From NCBI RefSeq assembly GCF_018977255.1, contig NW_024704742.1, positions 78,308,001 through 78,372,000 of the forward strand: a stretch of DNA of 64,000 nucleotides, written 5' to 3'. The position numbers and the translations under genes are program-made. Shown here one piece after another: positions 37,875 through 48,972 of this stretch. The notes under the pieces were generated by a model. That model saw only the letters and a program-made list of their open reading frames with translations, had not been told where the DNA came from and did not search any database. The DNA is from Callorhinchus milii (Eukaryota). The stretch's first letter is position 1, and the number at the start of each line of letters is the position of its first letter.

Positions 37875-38187
37875 AATAATAATAATAATCCTTGCATTTG
37901 ATATAGCACTTTTCATGTCGGGAGGACGTCCCAAAGCGCTTCACAGAACACACTGTAAAGTGAATTGACTGTATATTTGTGGGCGAACGCGGCAGCCAAT
38001 TGCGCACAGCAATGTCCCACAAACAGTCGTAGTTGAAAATGACCAATTTATTATTGTTTTTTTTTGGAGGGATTATTATTAGGCGTGTGGAGTAAGGAAA
38101 CTTGCCCAAGGTTTCACACTGGCTGGAATTGAACCCAGGTCTCTCGCTTGCAAAGCGAGTGCTCTAACCACTGAGCTACAGGACTCC
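37875..38187 (-). mobile_element. Young tRNA-Ala-derived SINE, short form
   Basis: Very similar to the 2885 and 11984 copies. Confidence 0.95.
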
Positions 38188-38406
38188 TGTACAATACAAT
38201 ATTCACCAATATTCACCCTCTACTCCCAATCTCATTTTCTTCTTCTCCAGATAAAATAATCATATTCATTTCATTTGGTATAACGCCTTTTAAGTTAGGA
38301 GGACATCTCAAAGTGTTTCACAGGATCCACTATAAAGTGTAGTGAATGTACATTGTGTAGGCAATTAAAAGAAAGTGAAGAAAAAGCAGTGAAGTGAAAG
38401 AGGCTG

Positions 38407-38438
<32 letters not shown>

Positions 38439-38947
38439 GGGGGTCACGTGAGATTGTAGGGAATGATTCTCTCTCTCTCAATTAGTCAGTTTTGATCAAG
38501 GCATAAATGATTTATTTGGAAACATTGCAAAAATTGCTCGTGATATTATGTAGTGTCGGCAGCTGTTAATAAGAATGTGACACTGTTCTTTAATGCTGGA
38601 CAGCCAGATCAAATAATAAATCTTCCTTCAGCCACCGTGAAGGCAATATTCCAGACAGGATTGCTACCTGCCTGGTTTCTAACAGGCACAGACATTTTTA
38701 ACTGTGGCTGTTTAGTTTTGGGTTAGAAAGCCCAATTATTAACTGAACGGTCACGTTTTAAGACTCCCTCCTCCCCGAAGCACCCACATCCTCTGGATCA
38801 TTGCAGGATATATATTATTGTGTTTGTGCAACATTGTATCTGCTCAGCTCAGCTGGATTATATGAATAGTTACTGAAATTATGAGAATAGAAAATCGTGT
38901 GTATATTACACAAAAATAGCTGCCTGTACGAAAAAATGGCATAACAT

Positions 38948-39056
38948 GCGCCCACAAAATATACAGTCAATTCACTTTACAGTATATTCTGTGTAGCGCT
39001 TTGAGACATCTCGTAGACATGATAAAGCGAAATATAAAATGCAAGGATTATTATTT
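38948..39056 (+). mobile_element. SINE 3' tail fragment
   Basis: gcccacaaaatatacagtcaattcactttacag..aaatgcaaggattatt. Confidence 0.85.
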
Positions 39057-40582
39057 TTTCCCCCCAATCCAAGACTTGTCAATCAGAATTCTTTGTTGTC
39101 TCATGTATTTGACTGGCGTCAGATGATCATGCGTAATACGAACCAATTAACTGGCATGTTTCATTTCAGTCCAATGAGATCTTGGGGGTTGGACTGAAAT
39201 GAACCCCCAAGATGAAAGTCATTGTTCTGTGTTACACATGATCATGTAGGATGTATGCATATTTGAATACTCTAACACGATCTTTGAGTTATGTAGCACA
39301 TCTGATGCCTGAACCTCCACCTGTTCTTAGCCTGCAAGACAATTTTGCTTTATGACCATTTTGCTTTAATACCGAACATCGTGTTCAAATGTGGAAAATT
39401 CTTAAATGTCGTCTTAAATTGAAGGTTGCTTCTTCTTAAGAACTGCAGAAAAAAGTAGCTTTCAAATTAAAACTGAAATTAAAGATTTTCCGCAATTCTT
39501 AAACAATCTTATATTTTAAAACTAATTGCAGGCTAAGATGAGGTGGACTTTCAGGCCCCAGGCACACACTCAAATATGATTGTTCTTGGGATGATTATAT
39601 TTTTTGTTTACAAAAATGCTTTGAGGTTTTTATGCTTGGCACTTGTGGAACTTTACCTCTGAAGGGCTCAAAATGCTTTTAAGAGAGAGAAGACTACCAG
39701 AGACATAAAGGAAAGGGTTTATAGTTTATTGCTGTGATCTGCTTTAATGGTTGTAAAGCACATTTTAACATCAGGAATAAAGAGAATTACACAATGCAGC
39801 AATCCAAAGAAAACAATCTGATTTACTGCAGTCACCCTGAGAGGTATTCATTTGCAAAGTGGGAGGAGGTGGGGGTTGAATTACTGTTTCATCACTGCAG
39901 CAAACGCTGGCATATTGGACTGCGGAGGCTCATCCATTCTTTGAAAGACATGTTTTATTAGGAGCAGGGCAGTACATTGGGTCTGCAAGGAGCCCCAGCC
40001 TAATTAAAGTTTCACTAGATCTCACGCCGTGTTTCCGTGGGAGATAAACAAATAGGTGTTCTTTCTAGTTCCATGTTTGCAAGCGACTGAATTATAACAG
40101 TTCCTAATGCGCTGCATGACTTCTGCCTTTTCATTTTCCTCCAGTGTAGAGGCTTTGAAATGTTAATGCTTGAATACAGAAATCCTTGCAGTGACCTCAC
40201 ACAAAGAAAAATTCAGCATAGTTGACTCTAACGCGGATCCACAATTGGCTGAGTTTACGAAAACATTTTCTGAGTACCCAAAAATGTGTTTAATTGGCTA
40301 AGATTTCTCTATATGTGACTTTATATTTACTATTTAGGAAGTTGCCTGAATGCATGTGTGATGACACAGGGGCCTAATGCTAACTGTGCTCATTCCTTAT
40401 TTGAGAGAATCTGCATTCATACAAAATAGAGCGAGCAATTCAATGTTCTGTTATTTATTTTTTATAACTTGTAGATGCCTCGTTCCTCTCCTCTGCAATG
40501 TCTCTAGGGCTCTGGTAGCTGCCACATGTCCCGGTGAGCAGAACTGTGTACAGTAGTCTAGCTACTGTATAGTCAATTTGTT

Positions 40583-41127
40583 TTGCCCAAATATACAGTC
40601 AATCCACTTTACGGTAGCTCACCTTCCCCCTCTTCTGTGACCATCATCACATCACTTGGGTCCCAGACACACCTTTTCTCTCTCTGGTCTGCCTGTTTTC
40701 TTGTAATTGCCCCTTTCCCTCTACACCCTCTTTGTTTTGCATTTTTACACTGCTTTTCCCCTGTTTTGTTGCAATCACCCCCCCCCCCTTTGTTTTGCGT
40801 CGTTAACATCTCTTTGACCCATAATCCCCTGTCATCTACCCCATTTTCTCCTTTGTCTTCCTTGCGCTGCCTCTTTGCAAGTCATTAAAAGCCTCTCCCT
40901 CCCAACTTGCTTCAGTTCTGACAAAGAATCGTGGACCCGAAACATTGACTCACTTTCCGTTCTCCAAAGATGCTGCCTGACCTGCTGGTCTTCTGTTTTT
41001 GCTTCAGATTTCTAGCATCTGCAGTATTTTGTGTTTTGTCCACTTTACAATTTATTGTGTGAAGTGCTTTGAGACGTATCAATGACATGATAAGGCGTTA
41101 TATTAAATGCAAGGATCATTATTATTA
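40583..41127 (+). mobile_element. SINE 3' tail split by an insertion
   Basis: 40583-40612 and 41039-41127 rejoin into the SINE tail consensus. Confidence 0.8.
40613..41038 (+). mobile_element. Penelope-like element terminal repeat with decayed hammerhead motif
   Basis: Pyrimidine-rich tract; ctgacaa..gacccgaaac; gatgctgcctgacctgctg..cagatttctagcatctgcagt; 10-bp TSD tccactttac. Confidence 0.7.
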
Positions 41128-41697
41128 CTGCCTCATCAGAGAACCAGACAGCTTGGGTACACACATAGGGCAGCTGAACTCAATTGATTTTGCAATATGG
41201 ACCAACATCTTGTTTGTCTTGTTTATTGCTGCCTCGTACTATTTTGACACAGTGAGCGATGAGTCAACTAATGTTCCAAGGTCTCCTTCGGTTTTCCCCT
41301 TGACAAGTTCTACCCCATCCATTGAGTATATGTGTTTCCTATTCTTACTTCATATAACCAGTACTTTGTATCCATCTTTACTGAACTTCCAGTTGCCAGT
41401 TATCAGCCCATGAAAGGTGCTATACAAATGTAATTTTGTATTGCATGTGCATACCCAATAAGCTCCCTTTATAAGACTTTTGCTGTCTCCTCTGATTCCA
41501 CAGTTCCTCCCAACTTTGGTGTCACCAGCAAATTTAATTATCTTCCAGGTCATTTACAAATACAAAGAACAGGAAAGGTCCCAGGCTGGGATTTTCAGGA
41601 ACCCAACAATCCCTGTATAATGAGACTGCATTGTAATTCATACACTCAAACTCATGTGAGTCGGACAATACTGTCAGCCAAATAGTCCTGTAGTCCT

Positions 41698-41987
41698 TGT
41701 GGAGTCCTGTAGCTCAGTGGTTAAAGCACCTGGGTTCAATTCCAGGCAGGGCGAAACCTTGGGCAAGTTTCCTTACTCCACATGTCTAATAATAATCCCT
41801 CCAAAACAAAACAATAATAAATTGGTCATTTTCAATCCAAGACTGTTTGTAGGACACTGCTGGGCGCAATTGGCTGCCGCGTTTCGCCCACAAATATACG
41901 GTCAATTCACTTTACAGTGAAGCGCTTTGAGACGTCGAGAAGATGTGAAAAGGGCTATATCAAATGCAAGGATTATTATTATTATTA
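41698..41987 (+). mobile_element. Young SINE, short form, anticodon arm deleted
   Basis: Head reads ggttaaagcac|ctgggttc; body and tail otherwise typical. Confidence 0.93.
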
Positions 41988-42779
41988 AATAATAGACTTG
42001 TGAATATTTGAGATTAAATGTTACTTTAATCCTATGCTTCGGCAAATAGATAATGAATACTGTCCTGGACATTTAGCTGATGAAAGTGTTTTACTACAAT
42101 GGTAGAAAAAAATTGGCACAAAGTTAACTTATATTACATCAGTTTAGCACGTTGGCTTTAACGGGCTGGAGTGATAACATTCCATTAATGTCGCCAGAGA
42201 CCAATACTAATGGAGACCAGACTCCATTCAGTACTGTGTGATAGCTCTGACAGGAGCTGAAACTCGAGGCTTACTCTTAGGACCTTAATTCAAAGGCCTG
42301 AGGGTCTCTTCTTTCTGCATGGCTCATAGACCATGTTGAAGCCCTACATATCCAGGCTGTGCCTAGGGAGCAGAAGCTGGGAGGCTGCACAATACAGTCA
42401 TCTGTGTTGACCTTGTTAAAATGAGGCAGTGAAGCCAGAGAGAAGAAAAAAGAAGCACAAGGCTTATTAAACATACCAGTCAGCTACTGCACATGTGAAT
42501 AATTAAAGGGACATTGCATTTCTGAAAGCAAGTGGCTGGCAAAGCCATTTTTGTCTGAGGAGAAAGATGAGTCAGAAGTGATGCTGTGCCATGTCTTACA
42601 GAATAAGGCTGTGGTCCAGCCAAGTGCAAATGAGCTTCAATACAATTCAAATTCATTATGGTATTGTGTCTTTCTAATATAAATGTAATAAAAGTAATAA
42701 ATGTAATAAATGATACTTGCATCTGATAGAGTGCTCATAACATTAAAACGTCTCAAAACCCTTCACAGATAATTAATGA

Positions 42780-43012
42780 TTATAACCCTTGCATTTGATA
42801 TAACGTCCGTATTGGTTTGGCAAGATGTCTCAAAGGGCTTTGCAGGATATACTGTAAAGTCTACTGACTGCATTTTGTGGGTGAATGTGACAGCCACTTT
42901 GCACACAGCAATGAATTGAAAGACCAATTTTATGTGGGGATTGTTGCCTGACAGCATGAGAAGTTCCGTTCCTTCTTTGAGTAGTGCCGTGGAATTTTTA
43001 ATGTATCCTCCA
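42780..43012 (-). mobile_element. Old DeuSINE 3' portion
   Basis: ccttgcatttgatata..gaccaatttta..agtgccgtggaattttt. Confidence 0.7.
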
Positions 43013-43049
43013 CACAAACCTCCAACCCTACTATTACTTGCTATTTCCT

Positions 43050-43600
43050 AGATTCTCTTGCATGCATCAGGCTTTCTCTCAGATACGTTGAAACGTCTTG
43101 CTTCAACTACAGCTTCCGGAAATGATTTTATCGTTTTCATCACCCTCTGCGTAAAGAAGTTTCTTTTAAATTCCCTTTTAGATTTGTTATTAGCTATCTC
43201 ATATTCATAGCCCGTTGTTTTAGACTCACCAACAAGGGGAAACAGCCTACCTTGTCTACCTTGTCGAAACCTTTCATAATCCCACACACTTCTCTCATAA
43301 TCTTAAATATTTTTATCGTAATCTTAAACACTTCTATCACATCTCTTCTCAATCATAGAATCATACAACAACAACAAAATTACATTTATAGAGCGCCTTT
43401 CATGTCGGGAGGATGTCCCAAAGTGCTGAACAGTCAGATGTCGGTATCCAAGCACAGGCCAGCACAGACGGAGGCCATTCGGCCCATCGTGTCTGTGCCG
43501 GCTCTTTGAAAAGAGCTATCCATATCAATTCCACTCCCACACTCTCTCCCCAAAGCCCTGCAAACTTGACCTTCCCAAATAATTATCTACTCATGTCATC
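43050..43600 (-). mobile_element. CR1 fragments with a nested L2 tail (about 43367-43437)
   Basis: Peptide RLFPLVGESKTTG..KRNFFTQRV..PEAVVEA; CR1 3' end acagacggaggccattcggcccatcg. Confidence 0.8.
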
Positions 43601-43659
43601 TTCTGAGAGAAAGGCTCCAACCTGGTCCAATCTATTTTGAGAGTTGTATCCATTCTTTT

Positions 43660-44555
43660 GACATCAAGTCCTGGACGAGGGCCAACTTTCTCCAACTCAA
43701 CATCAGCAAGACCGAGGCTCTCTTGATTGGCTCGGGCCAGCGCCTCCGCACCTCGGGTGATGGCAGCATCAACCTCCACGGCTGTACCCTCAACCTCACT
43801 AAGCCAGTCAGGAACATGCGTGTCTTGTTTGACCACGAAAGGTCCTTTCTCCCCCACATCTGTGCCATGACCGGCACTGCCTACTACCACCTCCGCAACA
43901 TTGGCAGACTCCGCCCCTGCCTCACCCCTCAGGCTGCCGAAACCCTCACCCACGCATTCATCACCTCAAGGCTTGATTACGGGAACTCCCTCCTCATTGG
44001 CCTTCCCAACTCTTCCCTTCACAAGCTGCAGATCATCCAAAACTCTGCAGCTCCTGTATTCTCACGCACTAGGATCCATGACCCCATCACTCCCACCCTC
44101 GCCCGACTCTACTGGCTCCCCATCCCTCAGAGGATTGAGTTCAAGATCCTCGTTCGCACCTTGAAGGCCATCCATGGCCTTGGCCCCTCCTACCTCTCTA
44201 ACCTGCTGACTCCCTATCAACCTGCCCGCCCCCTCCATTCATCGGGCTCCAGCCTGCTCCATGTCTCCCGCCCGACCTGCCCTACCATCGGTGGCCGGGC
44301 TTTCAGCCTCTCTGCCCCCACACTCTGGAACTCCATCCCACGGTCCCTTCGCCTCGCTTCCTCCCTTGCCTCCTTCAAAGCCGGTCTTCTCTTCAACCGT
44401 GTCTTTGGTCTCCCTCCCACCTCTCTGCCTTCCCTCAGCCCTACATCAACCCTCCTCCATGCTCGGGCCCCGACATCTGACTGTTCAGCGCTTTGGGACG
44501 TCCTCCCAACGCGAAAGGCGCTCTATAAATGTAATTTTGTTGTTGTTGTTGTTGT
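43660..44555 (+). mobile_element. L2 LINE, 5'-truncated, with an uninterrupted ORF2 C-terminal frame (ORF 43723-44565)
   Basis: 280-aa ORF containing AFITSRLDYGNSLLIGLP..LYWLPI..GGRAFSLSAPTLWNSIP; (GTT)n tail. Confidence 0.97.
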
Positions 44556-45231
44556 AGCCTTCTAAATCTACTCTATAAGTTAGAAATCTCAAGAAACCTT
44601 AATTTCTTTTCATGGAAAAAAAATCCTCCACGGAACATTTGCAAACCTGTGATTCGATTTTATAATGCTTTTCTTTCTCTTTCCTATTCCGTACTATAAA
44701 GATACCACCACCTGCACTACATCTGACTCTTTCTTCCACTTGACCCACTTCCCTATTTGAAAATAATAGGAGTTCTTTTAAAGCTGCTCAGTGGAAGAGG
44801 GATGGAAAGAAAAACATGAGCCTTCATTTCTGATACAGTGAGACTCCCTTTATAATGTGGTGGTTTAGGTCCATAAAATCAGAACTGGTGTCATTATGGG
44901 CCGTGTTATAGAGAGGCTACCAGTCAGAGCATTGGTGATATCGGGTCACTGAATTGCATGAAGAAATACAGCAACACTCAGAAGCTTTTCCATTGTTTGC
45001 TGGGATGTGACTAACACCATTAGGCTTTCCGTGCCTGCACGCTATGCACACCAAGTCAGACAGTATTTGGACGTGCCTTGCATTTCTGATATTCTTAAGG
45101 TCCACAGTGCACCAATATTATAGGATAAATTGAAGAATGCCTGACGCAAGTAATTCAACGATTGTTAGTTGATACGATGAGGACGATTGTCTTTCCGACA
45201 CAGGGGATCTATTAAAAATAATTAAGCATTA

Positions 45232-45606
45232 TGGAGTCCAGTAGCTTAGTGGTTGGAGCCCTCACCTCGCAAGCGAGAGACCTGGGTTCGATTCGCAGCA
45301 GGGTGAAATGTTGGGTAAATTTCCTTACTCCACACACCTCTGTTTACCTAGCAGTAAGTAGGAACCCAGCTATTAGTCGATTGGCAGCTCACTTTTCTGA
45401 GGATAATTATCCCTCAAAAAATTTTAAAAAACAAAATAATAATAATTTGGGTACTCAATCCACGACTGTTTGTGGGACACTGCTGTGCACAGTTGGCTGC
45501 CACATTTCACCCACAAATATATAGTGAATTACAGTATATTATGTGAAGCGCTTTGAGACGTCTAGAATACGTGAAAAGCGCTATATCAAATACAAGGATT
45601 ATTATT
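45232..45606 (+). mobile_element. tRNA-derived SINE, long form
   Basis: Head, extra segment at 45340-45402, tail. Confidence 0.93.
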
Positions 45607-45764
45607 TTATTGAATAATACCAGGCAGCTGAACCAAGTGGTCATATAAGAAAGGAAAACAAAAAATTCTGCGACAGTGAAAACCCAGCGAGCAAACATCT
45701 CAAATGTGCAACGTTCTTATCCTGATGAAAAATGAACATATAAACTATGACCCTTCTCTTCTTT

Positions 45765-45880
45765 TTGCCCACAAAAAAATATAGTCAATTCACTTTGCAG
45801 TATATTTTGTGAAATGCTTTGAGACATCTCAAAGAGGTGGTAAGGCGTTTTATCAAATGCAAGGATTATTATTATTATAT
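45765..45880 (+). mobile_element. SINE 3' tail fragment
   Basis: gcccacaa..agtcaattcacttt..aaatgcaagg(att)n. Confidence 0.85.
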
Positions 45881-46148
45881 TATTATATTTTACCTCACCA
45901 CCACACAGACTTACTTCTGTTTAAACACAAAATCTGTCTGATTCTATGCTTGTTCTGCTCACGATAACATTGATTTTATTCCCCTCAGCAGCCTGGCAGC
46001 AGTGATCAGCGCACCTTATTCATAACCTGATGATCTCAAGGCTGAAGGCTTTCAATCACTTGAATCCACTTCCACAACTCCGATGACTTTAACCTGTGCT
46101 GAGCCTAGATTGTTTTTGAAAAGTTGATTTTTTTATTGCTCAGCAGGA

Positions 46149-46300
46149 TGTCTGACACACATGGAAACCCATCACCATTCTTGAGTCTCCAAACCAGACT
46201 GAGAGGTCCACATGTGCACCAAAATTTTCCTTTGTCTGAAATGGAGTGTGCACTCTTTTCAGGGGAAATATATCCTGCTCATCTTACCTCTGAAAGTACT
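46149..46300 (+). repeat. Unclassified ancient dispersed repeat (family X)
   Basis: tgtctgacacacatggaaacccatcaccat..ccaaaccagactgagag..tttgtctgaaatggagtgtgcactct. Confidence 0.7.
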
Positions 46301-46414
46301 ATGTGTAGGTTAGAGTGGGCAAAGCTTTGGGATCACAGAGTTTGAATAGTTAAGACTATTGCTATTGTGATCACTCTCTGGTAAACTTCCCACTGCTTGT
46401 CCAACTAGGGATCT

Positions 46415-46680
46415 ATAATAATAATAATAATCCTTGCATTTGATATAGCGCTTTTCATGTCTTCTAGACGTTTCAAAGCGATTTACAGAATATACTGTAA
46501 AGTGAATTGACTGTATTGTGGGCGAAATACGGCAGCCAATTGCACACAGCAGTGTCCCACAAATAGTTGTGGATTGAAAATGACCAATTTATTATTGTTT
46601 TGTTTTGGAGGGATTATTATTAGGCGTGTGGAGTAAGGAAACTTTCCCAAGGTTTCGCCCTGCCTGGAATTGAACCCAGG
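46415..46680 (-). mobile_element. Young SINE, short form, 5'-truncated at the B box
   Basis: Body and tail match consensus; ends at gaacccagg. Confidence 0.93.
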
Positions 46681-46994
46681 TGATCTTCCTATAAGTTAGG
46701 ACTTGGGTTTTCATGGTTACTCGTCTGAAAAAATTGATATTTCTCACTTTGAATCGAATCTAAAAAAAACTTCCACTCACTTTGGATCAGTGACTTCTAT
46801 TCTCCTGCACCTACACTCCTCCTTTTCACCTGGTACATGTTTTTTTGATGCGATTAGGGTGGGTTTGTACTAGTGTGTCTCTGGCATTATATCTTGTTTT
46901 GAGGTCTTCCAATTACTGAAGGAATAATGGGTGTAAATTAATAGCAGCTCCATCAAGAGCAATAATTATCCAATCAAACACATTATGAAATAAT

Positions 46995-47290
46995 AATTAT
47001 AATCCTTACTTTTGATTTTGTCGTCTATGTCTAAATGCTTAAAAAGGGCAGTGTATATGTAGTTAAACAAAGCAGCCAATGTACACACAGCAATCTGCCA
47101 CAGACAGCCAGGAGATAAATGAATGAATTATCTAAAGGGCTGTTGACCAGGACACCTGGAGAAATCATTCTTCTCTTTTTGAATAGTATAATGGACTCTT
47201 TGAACAGGCAGACAGGACCTCAGTTTAACGTCTCAACTGAAGGACAGCATAATGCAGTGCTCACCCAGCACTGTAGTGGAATGTCAGCCT
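46995..47290 (-). mobile_element. Old DeuSINE
   Basis: gcagccaat..caggacac..cagacaggacctcagtttaacgtctc. Confidence 0.7.
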
Positions 47291-47514
47291 TGGAGTGTTA
47301 CCACAAGGGAAATATCACTAGTTTACATCTATTGTCATTTGGTATTAAACTGGTATAAAGTAACAAGAATATTAATAATAATCCTTGCATTTGTTATAGT
47401 GCCTCCTCACGTTTTTGAAACATTTCCAAGCACTTCACAGAATAAAGTGAATTGAATAAAGTTTGTCGGCGAAACCGGCAGCCAATTGCGCACAGCAATG
47501 TTCCACTAAACAGT

Positions 47515-47889
47515 TAATAATAATAATCCTTGCATTTGATATAGCGCTTTTCACGTCGGGAGGACGTCCCAAAGCGCTTCACAGAACACACTGTAAAGTG
47601 AATTGACTGTACATTTGTGGGCGAATGCGGCAGCCAATTGTGCACAGCAATGTTCCACTAAACAGTTGTGGATTGAGAGACCAAATTTTAAAAAATATTA
47701 TTTGAAGGGATTATTACCCCTGGAAAAGTGATCCGCCAATTCATTAACAACCGGGTTCTACTTATTGCTAGGTAAACAGAGGTGTGCGGAGTAAGGAAAC
47801 TTGCCTAACGTTTCCCTCTGTCGGAAATCAAACTCAGGTACTCTTGCTTGCGAGGCAAGTTCTCTAACTACTAAGCTACAGGACTCCAC
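47515..47889 (-). mobile_element. tRNA-derived SINE, long form (preceded by a partial tail at 47375-47514)
   Basis: Full head, extra segment and tail. Confidence 0.93.
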
Positions 47890-48194
47890 AGATACAAGTG
47901 TCTGACAACACAGCGCAGCACGGAGAGCAGAGAGAATCACAACCTGGGTTGATGTATTAGGATAGTCCACGACATTGATGAATGCTGGCTTGATTTGAAA
48001 GCACACTAGTCCCTTGAAAATCAAATACTCCTTTCTTCACTTTAATACTCCCTCCCTCCCTCCCTCCCAGTCTCTTGAAGGAGTCTTATCTATGGCCGGG
48101 GAGAAAGGAATATGGTTGACTTGCAGAATGATGGTTTTAAAACCTCTCTACACGTTTTAATCTTCATGCAGCAAACTGATTTGTTTTTTTCGCA

Positions 48195-48255
48195 GCCGGA
48201 CATGGGGAAACCTATCACCGTGCTTAAGAGTATCCAAAGCAGACTGAGAATTCCA
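48195..48255 (+). repeat. Family X fragment
   Basis: gaaacctatcaccgtgcttaagagtatccaaagcagactgaga. Confidence 0.65.
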
Positions 48256-48559
48256 TGCATCCCACGTACACATGGAAATCCCAGAGATAGATTGTTGTAA
48301 TGGAAAATATAACGTGCAGGTTGGCGAAAGCCAAGGCATGAGTGTGCGAATGTAAGAAATCCAATAAGAGCAAGGCTGAAAAATGATAAGACTCAGACAA
48401 TGAAGATATATTTCACTCATTAAGCCCCAAGATCTGGAATTGCAAGCAAATCGCTTGAAAGTTGTTCAGGGAACATATTTTGGAACAATAGTTTCATAAT
48501 TCAATAACATGAAGGTTTCAACAATCCTGGTAGTAATGGTACAATCTTGCAACTAATTA

Positions 48560-48712
48560 TTTCCAGGATTAGGTAAGCAGGGAGATGGTGAGCTCAGGGG
48601 AAAGAGGGTGAGTTCCACTTCAGACAAACAGAAATTGTGTTACTTAGGTAGAACTCTCAGTCTGGTTCCTATACTCTTAAGCATGATGATAGGTTTCTAC
48701 GTGTGTCAGACA
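48560..48712 (-). repeat. Family X copy
   Basis: Reverse complement gtctgacacacgtagaaacctatcatcatgcttaagagtat..accagactgagag..tttgtctgaagtgga..cctgcttacctaa. Confidence 0.7.
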
Positions 48713-48721
48713 CAGTAAAGG

Positions 48722-48972
48722 CCATTCCACCATTGGAGGTCGTGCATTCAGCCTCTACAACCCAAAACTGTGGAATACTCTCCCTCAATCCATCTGCTTT
48801 TCCCCCGCACTCCCCCTTTTCAAGTCCCGCCTGAAAACCTTCCTTTTCGACCGTGCTTACAGTCACCTCCCCCCCACCCTACCCCGTCTTGGCATCAGAA
48901 TCCACCACTATTAAGCGCTCTGAGATGCTACTCTGTGTGGAGGGCGCTATATAAAGGCAAGTTGCTGTTGTC
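48722..48972 (+). mobile_element. Old L2 3' fragment
   Basis: TIGGRAFS..KLWNTLP-like sequence and tail. Confidence 0.75.
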
